Source of the DNA: Chiloscyllium plagiosum
Taxonomy: Eukaryota
Direction: 5' to 3'
DNA: 64,000 nucleotides
NCBI RefSeq assembly: GCF_004010195.1
Contig: NC_057718.1
Location: 18,043,748-18,107,747 of the forward strand
Shown: positions 1 to 13,899 of the stretch, piece after piece
How positions within the stretch are numbered: position 1 is the first letter of the stretch
Layout: every line of letters starts with the position of its first letter
Program-made: the position numbers and the translations under genes
The notes under the pieces: generated by a model
Told to the model about the DNA's origin: nothing
Database searches by the model: none
The model's input: only the letters and a program-made list of their open reading frames with translations

Positions 1-320
1 CCCACTCACACACCACTCCCATTGGCACATCCCTCCAACTGACACTGCACTCCCACCGGCCCATCACTCCCACTGACACACCACTCCCCCTGACACATCA
101 CTCCCACCGACCCAGCACTCCCACCGGGTACACATTACTCCCACTGGCACAACACTCCCCCTGTCACATCACTCCCACCAACCCAGCACTCTCACCGGCA
201 CATCCCTCCCACCGACACATCCCTCCCACCGACACATCACTCCCACTGACACATCACTCCCACTGACACATCACTCCCACTGACACATCACTCCCACCGA
301 TACATCACTCCCACCAGCAC
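1..320. repeat. Minisatellite, ~17-bp unit ACTCCCACTGACACATC
   Basis: Tandem iterations visible directly (e.g. 239-300); the array runs off the window start. Confidence 0.9.
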
Positions 321-810
321 TGCTCTCCCTCAATCTGTTTAGTATATGGTTCCCAGATAAATTACATATCAGAAAATGAACTGACAAGAACAGGAACTGC
401 ACGTTCTGAACTAAAGGGCCGAGAAGACCCGACTGAAGTGTCAGCCTAGATTTCACATTACAATGACAGATAGCAGAGCAAAGGTGTCATGGATGTGAGA
501 AGGGAGAATGCTACCAACATAACTGTTCCAAAATCACCCTTTCATCCCCAAGTTACCAAATAGGTTCAGTGATGGAGCATCTGCATCCCTCTAGGGCAGA
601 TGATTCCCAGGATTCGCAAATCCCTTAAATGTAGGAAGGTCTCCTCATCTCACTGACTGACTGTATCTGTGCGTTTTAGATTTCCCAGCCTCTCACTGTT
701 TGCCCTGTCAATGCACTTCACTATCTTGTCTGTTTCAATGAAATCCCCAGTAAACTCCAAAAATGCTGCCCCAACAGGACAGTTTGCTGAAACTTAATAA
801 AAACCAAAAT

Positions 811-3630
811 CACAGAAGAACGAGGAGTAGGAGTTGGCCATCTGGTCCTGATCCTGTTCCGCCAGTCAGTAAGGTCATGGCTAATCTTTTTGTGGACTCA
901 GATCCACTTACCCTCACTCTCACCATATCCCTTAATTCCTTTACTGTTCAAAAAAAAATCTATCTTAGCTTTAAAAACGTTTACTGAAGTAACGTCAACT
1001 GTTTCACTAGGTAGGGAATTCCACAGATTCACAACCCTCCGGGTGATGAAGTTCCTTCTCAATTCAGTCCTAAATCTGCTGCCCTTAAACTTGAGGCTAC
1101 GCCCTCCTGTCCTAGTTTCACCTGCCAGTGGAAACATCCTCTCTACATCTATCTTATCTATTGCCTTCATAATTTTATAAGTTTCTACAGGATCCCTCCT
1201 CATTCTTCTAAATTCCAGTGAAAGTAATGACAGTCTACACAGTCTCTCCTCAAAAGCCAACCCCCTCAACTCCAGAATCAACCCAGTGAAGTTCCTCTGC
1301 ATCCCCTCCAGTGCCAGTACATCCTTTCTCAAATCTGCACACAATACTCCCAGGTGTGGCCTCACCACCACCCTGTACAGCTACAGCATAACCTCCCTGC
1401 TTTCAAACTCAATCCCTTTAGCAATGAAGGACAAAATTTTGTTTGCCTTCCTAATTACTTGTTGTACCTGCAGACCAACCCTCTGCGATTCATGCACAAG
1501 GGCACCCAGGGCCCTCTGCATCGCAGCATGATGCAACTTTTTACCATTCAAGTAATAGTTCTTATTACTGTTACTCCTATTGAAATAGATGACTTCATAT
1601 TTATTAACATTGTATTCCATCTGCCTGACCTTTGCCCACCCACTCAAAGTATCTATGTTCCTCGGCAAAGTTTCACAACCCTCTGCACACTTTGCTCTGC
1701 CACTCATCTTAGTGTCATCTGCAAACATTGACATACTATGTGTGGTCTCCAACTCCAAATCATCTGTATAAATTGTAAATAATTGTGGTCCCAACTCCGA
1801 TCCCTGAGACACACCACTAGTCACTGATTGCCAGCCAGAATAGCACTCATTTATCCCTGCTCTTTGCTTCGTGTTAGTCAACCAATCCTCTATCCATGTT
1901 AATACTTTACCCATAATTCCATGCATCCTTATCTTATGCAGCAATCTCTTGAGCAGCACCTTGTCAAAGGCCTTTTGGAAATCTAGGTACACCACATCTA
2001 CTGGGTCCCCATTGTCCACCTTGCTCATAATGTCTTCATCGAATTTAAAAATTTATTAAGCATGACCTGTCCTTCATGAACCCATGCTGCATCTGCCCAA
2101 CGGGACAAGTTTTATCAAGATGCCTTGCTATTTCTTCCTTGATAATAGACTCAAGCATCCTCCCCACTGCAGAGGCAAAGCTAATGGGTCTATAATTCTC
2201 CATCTTTTGTCTATCTCCCTTTTTAAACAGTAGTGTCACATTTGCTGTTTTCCAATCTGCGGGAACTGCCCCAGAGTCCAGCAAATTTTGGAAAATTACC
2301 ACCAGTGCATTTGCTATTTCTCCCGCCACCTCTCTTAGTATCCTGGGATGCATTCCATCAGGGCCAGGAGACTTGTCTACCCCTAGTCCATTAGCTTGCC
2401 CAACACTACCTCTGCCATAATAATGATTGTTTCCAGGTCCTCATCTACCTTTGTCTCTTTGTCAATTACTGCCATGTTATTAATGTCCTCCACTGTGAAC
2501 ACCGATGCCAAATACCTGCTCAATGCCTCAGCCACTTCATCATATCCCAGAACTAAATGCCCCTTCTCATCCTCTAAAAGACCAATGGTTACCTTAGCCA
2601 CTCTTTTTCATTTTAAATATTTCTAGAAACTTTTGCTATCTGTTTTTTATATTCTGAGCTAGTTTTATCTCATATTCCATGTTACTTTTCTTCATAGCTC
2701 TTTTTTGTGGCTTTCTGTTGACCTTTAAAGTTTTCTTCTGGTCTCATGCTGTTTTTGGCCACTTCGTATGCCTTCTCTTTCAATTTGATAGCCTCCCCTA
2801 TTTCTTTCGACCCCCATGCAGATTACCCCTTTTATTACAGTCCTTCCTTTTCACTGGAATATACTTTGGCTGAGCACTTAGAAAAATTGCTTTGAAAGTC
2901 CTCCACTGCTCGCAACTGTCTCAGCATAAAATATTTGTTTCCAGTCTACTTCAGCCAGGTCCTCCCTCATTCTATCATTGTTCCCCCTTGTTCAAGCACA
3001 GGACCCTGGTATGGGATTTTATCTTCACACTCTCCACCTGTATTCTAAATTCAACCATACTGTGATCGCCCTTCCAATAGGATCCCGAACTATGAGGTCA
3101 TTAATTATTCCGGCTCATTACACAGAACCAGGTCTAGGATAGCTTGCTTCCTTGTCGGTTCCATTACATACTGTTCAAGAAAACTATCACTGATACACTC
3201 AACGAACTCCTCCTCAAGGCTACCCTGACCGAGCTGGTTCGACCAATCTACATGCAGATTAAAATCCCCCATGATAATAGTTGTACCATTTTGCAGGAAT
3301 TAGTTATTTCCTTGTTTATTACCTGCCCGAATGTGATATTATTATTTGGTGGCCTATAGACTTCGTCTATCAGTGACTTTTTCTTCTTAGAATTTCTAAT
3401 TTCCACCCAAATGGATTTGACTTTATTCTCCATCGAACCTATATCATCTCTCAGCAGCACCCTGATGTCACCCTTGAATATCAGAGCTACACCACCTCCC
3501 TTACCTTCCTGTCTGTCCTTCTGAACAGTCTGATAGCACTGGACATTTCATTCCCTGTCGTGACCACCCTGTCACCATGTCTCTGTAATGGCTACTAAAT
3601 CATATTCATTCATGATGATTTGTGCCGATA
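811..3630 (-). mobile_element. Decayed CR1/HER1-type LINE ORF2 (APE endonuclease + reverse transcriptase) with 3' tail
   Basis: Minus-strand frames with ESIWVEIR-like APE motif, WKTANVT...ENYRPIS, VYLDFQKAFDKV, SGVSQGSELGP, FADDTK and NFITRRVVNLWNSLP; multiple frameshifts. Confidence 0.93.
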
Positions 3631-3639
3631 ATTTCTTAT

Positions 3640-3780
3640 CGAAAGAACTGCAGATGCTGTAAATCAGAAACAAAAACAGAAGCTACTAGAAAAGCTCAGC
3701 AGGTCTGGCACCATCTGTGTGGAGAAATCAGAGTTAATGTTCTGAGGAAAGGTCATCAGACTTGAAATGTGTTCCAGAAA
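3640..3780. mobile_element. Degenerate Penelope-like terminal fragment with hammerhead remnant
   Basis: Minus-strand CTGCAGATGCT...CAGCAGGTCTGGCA block next to plus-strand CTGAGGA-A-AGGTC-ATCA-GACTT-GAAAT (3742-3768). Confidence 0.55.
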
Positions 3781-4034
3781 CCTCTGCTTTTGAGCCTGTT
3801 GGTACTTTCCAGTTCCATGCTGTGGGCCAAACTCTGGAGACTTTAATGCTCTTCCGTGAGGTAAGCTTGGAGGCTGGGGGGCATTTAATTGTGCTTTTTG
3901 GGCATAGGAACGGGATGCCATAGGAATGGGATGCCATGATCTTGCCACTTCTGGCTTAAAAATTGCTACAGTGAGTTTTGAGAAGATTCCAGCTCAGTGA
4001 GCAAACTTACATGCAAAATCTCTACAGTGCAGAA

Positions 4035-4275
4035 AGAGGCCGGATGGCCAATCAATTCCATACCAATCCTCCTGGCCTGCACATCCCTGGATACTACACG
4101 GCAATTTCACATGGCCAATCCACCTTCACCTGCACAGTTTTGGGCTGTGAGAGGAAACCAAAGCACCTGGAGGAAACCCACGTAAACTCCACACAGTCAG
4201 GCACCCGAGGCTAGAATCGAACCCAGGTCTCTGGTGCCATGAGTTAGCAGTGCCTACCACTGAGCCACCATGCCA
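4035..4275 (-). mobile_element. HE1-like V-SINE (degenerate)
   Basis: Reverse complement gives the tRNA-like head TGGCTCAGTGG...GGTTCGATTC and V-domain GTGGGTTTCCTCCAGGTGCT. Confidence 0.8.
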
Positions 4276-4644
4276 TCTCTGTGTATGGCTTTCTTCTATT
4301 GCCAAGTGAGCCTTAGATGTGCAATTAATATCCACAAAGGGGCCTCACCAACCAGAGGCATGTGGGGGCTGTGTTCAAGAGGAAGACACTGTTGTGTTTG
4401 TTTGGGACTCACGGGGAGCTGGTTGGAGTTGGGTGAGGGTGGTGATGGGGGTGTGGTGATGCCCATTGTTGGATATTTATTGCCGGATCAGGGCACCTGG
4501 CATCAGGAAGGGGATGCTCCAGACCATCAATCCACCTATCCCTTGTCACCCACCCAGCCTCCCCAGTAGCCAGCAACCTTCCCCTTCACCATGACCTCCA
4601 CCCTGTCCCCACTAATGTGTGACTGGAATCGCAGGCTATGAGCC

Positions 4645-4885
4645 TGTAGTGGGTACTTAGCTGGTATCACCTGAAATAACACCACAGAGGGCGGCATTCT
4701 GTCACCAAGACAGCCTTTATTTATGCATGGAGAGTCCTGGACACTCCCAGAGTGAACAGAATCTCTGACACTCCTGTTTCTATCAGTCAGCCAGGGCTCC
4801 CTGATTGGACTAAGAAACAGCCCCAATCAGGGACCTCATATTCTATGAGAGCCATCTGGCTGACCTCGTTACAATCAGTGTGACA
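4645..4885 (-). mobile_element. Possible solo LTR
   Basis: TGT...ACA ends, minus-strand AATAAA near 4715 and CCAAT-like boxes; no clear TSD. Confidence 0.35.
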
Positions 4886-5844
4886 CCAGCTATCAGAGGA
4901 TGACAGATCATGGTTGGGCAGGATTTCCACCCCCAGGGCCCTTAATAGAGTGGACCTTCGCTCGAAGAGTGCTCTCCAACCAATGGAACTGCTCGCTGTG
5001 GCCTGGGTTAGACTCTAGCCACAGAGTTACACGAAGTAGGGGAGGAGGTGAGGAATGGAAACCACTGGACAAACTTCATCCACAAAATTCCTCCCACACA
5101 CAGGTTCCTGGAGAGGACAGAGGCCCATAGACACCACTTGAGGTGATCAGCATTTAACAGCAAGCTGAGTGATGGTGCAAGGGGGCAATTAAAGTAAAGA
5201 AGGATTTACTAAGAGGCTGACAGTAAATAAGAAGAGAAAGCTCCTGAGGGTATAACTCAGGTGAGTTGAGCAGTTTGATTATGCACTGCAAAAGACTAAT
5301 TCTACATCAGCTGCTGTTTCTTCTCCAGTGTAAGTAACACCAGCTGAGAACTAAATGACATTCTTTACTGGAAAATTGATTCCATTGACTAAGTGAGAAA
5401 GCCTATGAGGGACATAACTTGCCATGTGTGATTGTTCAATAGCAATTCATTATTAAAAAGTACTCCAAGTGCAAGGTTACCGATTTTTGTTTTCCCAGAC
5501 AACCATATCTGCCTGAAACTGCTCATTTTTGTTCATTGCAACATTTTATTGGTAGATTTATTGAGTGCTGTTTCATCTTAATGTGTGTTAAATGAACTGA
5601 TGGACTGAGCTCTGTAATGTGTTCCCCATGGCAATTCCTTAATAAATTAAGGGGAAAAAAAGATTCCTTAATAAAATGTGTTCGGCTAATGACATTTTAA
5701 ATGGAACATGATTCTTTAAAAAGTTGGCTGAGTGACAAATTGTATAAATGGAAATATAATTTGCATAAATAAACCTCTGAGTCAAATACTCAGTTACATA
5801 GTTCTGTCTCTATTTACAAGTTTTCGTTTGGAAAAGATTTGAAT

Positions 5845-6180
5845 GGCAGCTTTGGCTCAGTGCCTTTGCCTTTGAGTCAGAAATTAATGGGTTTGTGCAT
5901 CAGGTCTGCAGATATAATTGTAAAAATACCAGTGTTGGCCAGTGTGGTATGGAGGGAGTGCCACACTCTCAGTGTTTTGCCTGCAATGTTAAATTGAGGA
6001 CTTGTCTTCCCTCTCAAGTGAACATAAAATACCCCATCAGTATATTTTTAAGACAAACAGATGAATTCTGCTCATACCTCAATCCATTATTGGGCCTCAT
6101 CAAACAGATTATTTTTTTTGCTGCTCATGGACTTTGTCTAATAAAAAAGCACATCACATTTCCGAGATTTCATTGCTTTG
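5845..6180 (+). mobile_element. Ancient Deu-domain SINE remnant (SacSINE1-like)
   Basis: TGGCTCAGTG head, then CAGTGTGGTATGGAGGGAGTGC...GTTAAATTGAGGAC...CCCTCTCAAGTGAACATAAAATACCCCAT, resembling the Deu domain. Confidence 0.55.
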
Positions 6181-6254
6181 GGCAGAACTGTGTTGCCAGG
6201 GAGTTTGAAGGTCGTGAGTTAGGCTAACAAATGGCCTGTTCGACCATACTGGGT

Positions 6255-6455
6255 GAACTGAAAGTCACCTTAGTTCCATAGACTGCTCTCTCATTACAGA
6301 GATAACTGCATGTGGATGTGACCTGAGGGTCGCCATACCTCAGGTTAGGGGCAAAGTTGGGAAAGTGGGAGACTTTAGCGCATGTGGGAATTGAATCCAT
6401 GATGTTGTTATCAGTCTGTAGCACAAGCCGGCTGTCTAGCCAAATGAGCTGGATG
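6255..6455 (-). mobile_element. tRNA-derived SINE remnant (not HE1)
   Basis: Reverse complement AGCTCATTTGGCTAGA...GGATTCAATTCCC gives A/B-box-like motifs. Confidence 0.45.
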
Positions 6456-6464
6456 CAAATGAAA

Positions 6465-7085
6465 CTTTGGCATCAATTGCTAAAGGAATGGAATTTTAAA
6501 GGAGGGAAGTGTTGTTGCAATCGAACAAGGCTTCAGTGAGACCATATCTGGGATACTGCTTAATAAGGGTATTGGTCCCCTTATTTGAGGAAGGATGTAA
6601 TTGCATTGGAAGCAGAAGTTTTATTGGATTAATACCAGAAGTGACTGTCTTGTCTTATGAGGAGAAATTGAACAATTTAGGCCTAGACTCACTTGAGTTT
6701 AGAAGAATACGAGGAGGTCTAATTGAGGTTCTAAAGGAGATTGACAGAGTAGATGTAGAGCAGGGTGGGGCGATCTAGAATTAGAGGTCATAGATTTTGG
6801 ATCAGGGTGGCAGATTTAAAGCAGAAATGAGGATAAATTACTTCTCAGAAAGGATCAGGAATCTGTGGGATACACTACCCCAGAGTATGGTGGACACCAA
6901 GTCATTGAATAAATTTAAGGAGGAGGTAGTCAAGATTTTTAATCAGTAACAGGTTGAAGGGTTCTGGAGAGCTGGCAGGAAAGTGGAGTTGAGGTTGAGA
7001 TGAGCTCAGCCATGGCCATATTGAGTGAACAGCAGGCTTGAGGGACTGAATGGCCTACTCCTGCTTCTGAATTCTTATGAACTAT
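6465..7085 (+). mobile_element. CR1 LINE 3' fragment
   Basis: VRPYLGYC...LGLDSLEFRRIRGGLIEV frame and CR1 3' tail GAATGGCCTACTCCTGCTTCT. Confidence 0.85.
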
Positions 7086-7877
7086 GTAACCTCCTTTATG
7101 GGGATAGTTGGAGGCATCAGGTACATCTGTCCTTGATCCTATTGAGACCTCTATGTGGTTTCTTAAGTGTCTTATCCTACTCCATCACTAACTTACCTGC
7201 AAACAGGGGAGGCCCCACCAAATAGGTAGGCCAGTGGCTGTAACATTGTGCACTAGTGTGGGTGGTAGGTGGGAAATCTCCTCTGAAGGACCCTTGTGCC
7301 TATTTGGAGGCATCACCCACTATCATCTTTAACTCACTGTCACTCGCCTCTCAATCACAGCATTCCACAATTCATCAATGCGGCCTGTCAACCAATATCC
7401 TGGAATTATCTCAATTCCAGCTACCACCACCTCCTTTGCGTTGTGGCTGGCTGTAGTTCCAACAGCGGCCACTGTTCGCACCTGGCGCTGCTGGGACTGC
7501 ACTGCTGCCTGCCAATCGGATTAGGGGAATTTGGTCTCTGGCTTGGCCTGTGAATCTCAGCCTTTACCAATTAATACCTCACTGACCATTAAATGACTGT
7601 GGGACAATTTGTATCGGCAAGGATGGGCACCCTGCCCACTCTTCAGGTTGCGATGCAAGAATCTCTACTGTCAGAAAAATCCTGCCCATCAAATCTCAAG
7701 TCAGAGGGTGTGAACAGTACGATGTGACTGAGGTGATACTGAGCTATCTCCATCCAACACTATTTCAATCCATGTGTTGGACCCGCGATGGAGTGATAGA
7801 TCTCTGCCTGTTGATATTCCAGTGGGTGAGACCATGGCAAGAAAATGCAAGGAGGTGAATTGGATAAAGAAAGTAAT

Positions 7878-8130
7878 AGAAACATAGAATTTAGGAGCAG
7901 GAATCATCCATTCGGACATTTGAGTCTGCTGCACCATTCATTATGATCATGGTTGATCGTCCAACTCAATAACTTGTTCTTGCTTCCCCCCATAACCTTT
8001 GATCTCTTTAGCCCCAAGTGACGATATCCAACTCTTTCTTGAAACCATGCCATGTTTTGGTTTCGATCACTTTCTGTAGTAAATTCCACAAACTCACCAC
8101 GCTCTGGATGAAGAAATTCCTCCTCAATTC
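7878..8130 (-). mobile_element. CR1 LINE 3' end
   Basis: ATAGAAACATAGAA tail followed by the typical CR1 3'UTR and C-terminal sequence. Confidence 0.75.
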
Positions 8131-10794
8131 AATGGCCTAATAAAAGGCCTAAAGGTGTGCAAATGATAACTGGATTAAAAGTTTGACTAGGCCACTCATC
8201 CCCTTGAACCTGCTCTGTCATTCAGTAAGATCACGGCTCATTTGGTCACTCCCCAATCACAACAACATTTCTTCTAAGCTATGGACCTGCTCAGTCACTC
8301 TGAGGTTCAGAGCATGCCAATTAGCCTGACAATTAATTCATCTCCGGTTTTGGAAGTTAATGCCAGGGATAGACCTTGGAGGTCGGTGCACTGAGAAACA
8401 AATTCGAGGGAGTGTTGAATGCTACTTACCCTAGAATAATCTTTCTACCTCTTGTTTATCAAGAACCTATCTACATCTACCTTAAGAATATTCAAGGGTG
8501 CCAAGGCATACAAGGCTAAAGATCAAATGCTGAAAAATGGGATTAGAACAGTTAGATGATTAATTTTGAGTGGGTCAGACTTGATGGGCTGAACAGCCTT
8601 TATCTGTGACTCTATAACTCTGCTTCCAGAGCTATAGAGTATTTGTGGACCCAGACTCCTTGTACACTGATTTGCATTTGCCTCAGATTCACAGCAATGG
8701 GACTTACAAGCCAATCTATCTCAAGGAACCTGTCCAACAAAAAAAAAATCTAGTCTTGTTCCAACTGTGCACCTTCACAGCAGTGACTGGGTGGTTCTAA
8801 TCGAATTGAATTTAATAGATGAATAGAATGCAATTTTTCACAAAGGCAGCCTGAAGTTCTTGCCAAGAAATGGTAATGGATGCGGAGAGTTCTATTCTTC
8901 TCTCTGCATTGATGGATGGAAAATTATTTTGGGAGAGTTTTCCTTGACATTAATAAATGCCAGAAATGTCGGACCAAAGACTTTGAGGTCGTGGAGATTT
9001 TTTTTGGAGGTTTTATTACTGGCTTCTTTCCATTTTAATGGAAAGAATAGAGTCACTAATGCGAGTTTTGAAAAGACTGTATAATTGGAAATAAACAATC
9101 ATTCTTTCTTAGATGTGGTGTGGTAAGGTGAGGATAAATTGGATTTCCATGTTTTAAAACAGTAAAATGCTTTCCTCCCAGAAGAGGTATTGTAAGTGGT
9201 TGAAGTTGTACAAACTAACATTTTGCCTTCCTGTCTGTGATAGTAGCTTTGTCCATAGATTATTAGGCCTAAGACATTTTATTTCTTTTGCAGTTTGATC
9301 TGCTCTTGGACAATTCTGTCGCCACTGAATCTAGATTCCTCTGTTCTGACTGAGTGCTATTGACTCTGCCATCTCACTTGTCATCTGTTAAGATTTCTGC
9401 TCAATATTGACTGAAGAGTTCTCTGAAGCATCCATTTCCATAAATACAGATTAAAAATGTACCCCACCCTGAACAAAGAAAACAGCTTATTTAAAATTCA
9501 GTAGCAAAGTACAGAATGTGAACAGAGGCTGTGGATCATGAACATTGACTCCTTGCAAGTATCTTGCCCACTCACTGCCACCTAATTACAATCTACCTGA
9601 CAGTCCACTACAGGTCAACTATCCCCTGGTGTCAGTGTTAAATACCTTTAAGTTGGAAACGTCTTTAACAGCTGAGTTGCCTCTGTGTCAAAACTAAATG
9701 GACCACCGTGGATATACATGGTCTGTGACTGTTCCACTCCATTTGTATGCCATTCTCGATCTTCTCAATTCTGCCAAAGCAAACCATCTACTAACGCACG
9801 TGTGGTTAGCCAAGTTTTCCAACTCCCATTTACATTGAAGGAGAGAGTTGGGGATATTTTGTGCCCTCCCTGCATTTTGCCAACCACCATTGTTAAAAGA
9901 CCACAGTTATATTCAGTAAAGGCATATCGCATTTATACCTTTCAACAGGGACTGTATTCAGTATAGAATCTTTCAGAACTGCCCTTACTTTTAAGAATGG
10001 GCATTAAAAGGCAACTAAGATGGCGGCTGATAGTCAGATGACCTTTCCAATTGACTCAGATTTGCCTCAAATTTCTGGAAAGTTTGTGATTGTAGGCCCA
10101 TAGGAGGAGTGTCTCCATTGAATGGACATGCCAAGGCAAAACCTTATGTGGAATTCTTATCTCCTTTCAATTGTGGACTTACCCAACCCTCAAAATCCAT
10201 GGAGTTTAAGATCTATAGAGTCTCTGAGCTTCAAAGTTGATAAAGAGAAACCAGGTAGATCATACAAAAGGTGTGAATGGCCACCATCCATTCCCCATTG
10301 CGCGGCCTCAAACTTCATTTAAGGTGAGGAACTGACCAGGGGGGTCATGCAACTGAATGTGACCATGGATAATTAATATTATTAATTCTATTATCCCAAA
10401 AACCAGGGAGAAGCCAGTCAGTTTACAAACAACTAATCGAAAACCAAACAGCAGCAGTCACAAAGGCAGCACCATCTCGACCTCAAAACTAGAGACAGAA
10501 ACAGCATGTGCTCAAATCCCCCACTGGCTGAGGCTACTATGAAGGACTCTACTTCCCATACCACTGATGCCCTGATCTCATGAAAGAATAAAGAAACAAA
10601 ATGGGATTTGTTTACAGCAGAAGTCATTGATGATCTGTAGCAGAAACTCTGGGTGATTCTCCCGCTTGCCAAACCCAGGAGTTCTGAACCAGCCCAGAGA
10701 ATGTTTCAATTTGATCACCTTAGCTGGTGCGGATAAGAGATGAACCATGGAGCCTTCTGGTCCAGATTAGCCTAGAGCTAAACCAAACATAATC

Positions 10795-11105
10795 GAAGAT
10801 CCCTCTCAGCCCGATGATACCCTCTTCCACCCTCTTCTGTCATGCAGAAGATAGAAAAGTTTGAAAACACGTACCAACAGATTCAAGTATAGTTTCTTCC
10901 CTGATGTTATCAGACTCATGAAGGGAACTCTCATATATTCAAGTGAATCTTCCTCTGCACTTTCTCTGTAGCTATAACACTATATTCTGGATTCTGTCCT
11001 ATGACCCTGATGTACTTATGTATGGTATGATTTGTCTGGTTAGCACGCCAAACAATACCTTTCACTGTATCGCTGTACGTGAGACAATAATAAATCAAAT
11101 CAAAA
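10795..11105 (+). mobile_element. Rex1/Babar LINE 3' remnant
   Basis: Decayed frame LFHPLLSCRR*KSLKTRTNRFKYSFFPDVIRLM matches the Rex1 C-terminal LPSGRR...KNSFFP.AIR motif; tail AATAAATCAAATCAAA. Confidence 0.65.
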
Positions 11106-13691
11106 ATTTAAGAAAAGGACAGTTTCTTAAATTTGTGATGTTTTTCTGTGGGAAGCCACATACATAAGACAGTACATGCTAACCTCAAATCAGTCAGGAC
11201 ATTTTTTTGCTCTGTTTCTTTTAAGCTTGTAGAAGCCAGTGTCACTCAAGGACTTCACACCCACATGGGTGGCAAGAAATCACTTATCGCTTCACTTTCC
11301 CCCCATTTACTAAACTACACACCATTAATGGAGTGAGACTAGACTGGTAATGGCCGATAATGCACAGTTACAGCCCACTTATGTTTCCTATCCACAGTGA
11401 TAGTGAGACAGGTCAACAAAATCAATTTTCTCCTTTACAACTGGAATATTTACTAATTTATGAATATATGTCGTATTTTACTTCATTAAGTTTTCAAATT
11501 GATGGTAGTAAAGGAATTTTCGATCTCCCCTATCAACAAGAAGGAGTGATAGAGCAGTCAATATAGAGTCTCCACTTCCCACTGATTCTCCTCATTAACA
11601 CAGTTGGTTCTGCTGATGGATGAGCTGGGGCCTGATTAACAAATACACCTTGGCATTGTGTGATTCCTAGGGGATCAGAAAGGCATTGTAAGTGTTGTCT
11701 AGGCTGTTGGAAGTCAAGAAAGGCCAGGCAGAGCGAACGTTCTGCTTCAGGTTCCATTAGGCAATTCTGTCCCTCAATTACCCTGGCTCCGCCTCACTAA
11801 TAGACAAGCCACCTACCTTACAGCACAATCTCCAATTGCCCAATCCCAATTCCACAAACCTGGAGCTGCTACACTATGAGAGCCTTTTCTTGGTGCTTGC
11901 CTCCTGGTCACCTGGTCTTTCCCTCCTTCTTATTGGCTGGCCTCTGGCTACACTACGCACCTCTCCCATAAATAGTGACTTAATGTGGCCTTACTGTAGG
12001 TGAGGCCTTAGACGAAGTCTTCTGTGTCATGTATGAGAGACACAATGTCTCAGAAGAATGGGTATGGGAGTGGGTCAACACACTGCTCAGTCATCTGGAG
12101 GATCTCAGTTTGAATCCGGCTCTCAAACTGATGGACAGAATAGCTTTTTTTCAGAACAGGGCAGTTTGAAGTGAGCTTAAGCAGGTAACATTCCAGTCCC
12201 CACAGAGCACAAGTTGCCTGACTCAAATTGCCTGGAGTGCAGCAGCAATTATCACTCACATTCAGAGGAAAGGATGAAAAGGACCAGGAAATGAAAAGAA
12301 AAGTTCAAAAAGCAGATATTGGAGGACTCTCTCTTGGAAGTTGCCCGGTGACCTGACTTTGAAAGCAAAGCTTAATCTGAGAAAACATTGATTCCTCAGC
12401 ACTGATATGGTCCACTGTGATAAATCACAAAAATAAAGCTGGCAAAAATGACTTATATTAAGGACAACCCACATAGGTAATGAAATAATCAAACAGGCCT
12501 GGAGACTTCTATTCATAAAGGTCACACGAGCAGATTAGCTCCTCAAAGCCTTTTCTCAAGTTCCGTTCCCTCTGCAAACTGAGACTTGAAGCAGCCCATC
12601 CATCAGCAAGGTCCACCACTTTTAGTTACAGGCTTAGAATTTGGTTTGAGCTGCTTAATCCTCCTGTTGAGATATTGGGCGGCTGAGTTTGACAGGTCAC
12701 CAAGACGATATGAGATAATCCAGCATTTCCTGCCAACTTGGTGCTGCCTGCTCATTTCAATCCTGAGCACTGATATTGGCACAACCAATCAGTGGTGTCT
12801 AAATCTACTAAAGGATTAAAAGGATGGATGGTAGTGCATGAAATGGCTGTTTTATCTCAACACTAAGTGCTTTCCACTCGTGTTTACTGGTGTTTGAATG
12901 CTTGGAGATTTCCCAGCGTGAGAGTGTGGGGGTTAAAGGAGGGAGCCAGGGGGATTGTAAATGGTTCCATTTGCAACAGTTTTGAAGATTCTGATGGGAG
13001 CTCAGAGCTAAGAATCATGAGCTCACATGCAGCAACCCTCCACACTGATCCTGGGGCTATGCTTGCTTGCATGCTGGGACTGCATGAACTCAAAGTACCT
13101 CCTCCATCTTGTATACACCCTTGGCAGTCTCTGATTAGCCAGTCAGAGCACGAAACTCAGTCTGAAGCAGGGAGTTGTAAGATTGGTCGATCAAGGCAAT
13201 GAAGCAATGTCCCATTGATGAATCTCTTGGGAAATACAAACCATGTCTCTGTCAGAGTCTTCCTGCCATTTGCTGCGGCTGAGTTTGTGACCCACAGATC
13301 ACAAACCCCTGTCTTTATCTTCAAGCTGATGAGTGTGCATGATACACTACATGGAATATTGGGAAGCTTGACTGAATGTGTACGTTGTCTCCTCTCATCT
13401 TCTTCCAAATCTTCCCCCTCCTACCTCCGTGTCTACTCTTCATGTTACTCACCAGGTAGCTGGTGGCCAGGGTCATGGAGTGAGGCTGTCTAATCTTCAC
13501 ACCTGCTCAGCGAGTACTGCAGGGACACAAACAGTTCTGATCTCCAGCACTCACTATCTATGGTCACACCAGCAGCAAGCTAAGGGAGTGTAATTTCTGC
13601 TCTGAGGTCGGGCAGAGTTTGCATGTTGTGCCAGAAAGCCATGGCACTATGGGACTGTATAGTGTGTGGGTTAGATATTGTTCTCTAGCAG

Positions 13692-13860
13692 GGCAAAAGT
13701 GAAGACTGCAGATGTTGGAGATCAAAATCAGAATTAGAGTGGTGCTGGAAATGTACAGCAGGTCAGGCAGCATCACAGGAGCAGGAAAATCACCACCATC
13801 GGGCAAAAGTCCTTCATCCTGACCTGCTGTGCTTTTCCAGCACCACTCTAATCCTGACAA
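13692..13860. mobile_element. Non-autonomous PLE-terminus mini-insert, inverted structure, 13-bp TSD
   Basis: TGTTCTCTAGCAG at 13679-13691 and 13861-13873; internal inverted arms; partial minus-strand hammerhead (TCGGGCAAAAGTCCTTCATC). Confidence 0.8.
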
Positions 13861-13899
13861 TGTTCTCTAGCAGCCAAGAGTCTGCAAAGTTGAATTTAG

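Noticed and set aside
1..320. CRISPR-like array
   Set aside because: Contiguous 17-bp tandem units without unique spacers, in a vertebrate context.
898..3460. RT/endonuclease ORFs as functional genes
   Set aside because: Fragmented by frameshifts and stops; decayed CR1 copy. The same applies to the other CR1 and PLE frames.
5281..5580. Ig/TCR leader plus V exon
   Set aside because: The downstream exon has no V-domain Cys/Trp pattern, stops after ~27 codons, and no RSS is visible.
7185..7215. Minus-strand recursive splice site (CCCCTGTTTGCAG|GTAAGT)
   Set aside because: Single motif in what looks like decayed repeat sequence, opposite to the strand of the other exon candidates; no supporting evidence.
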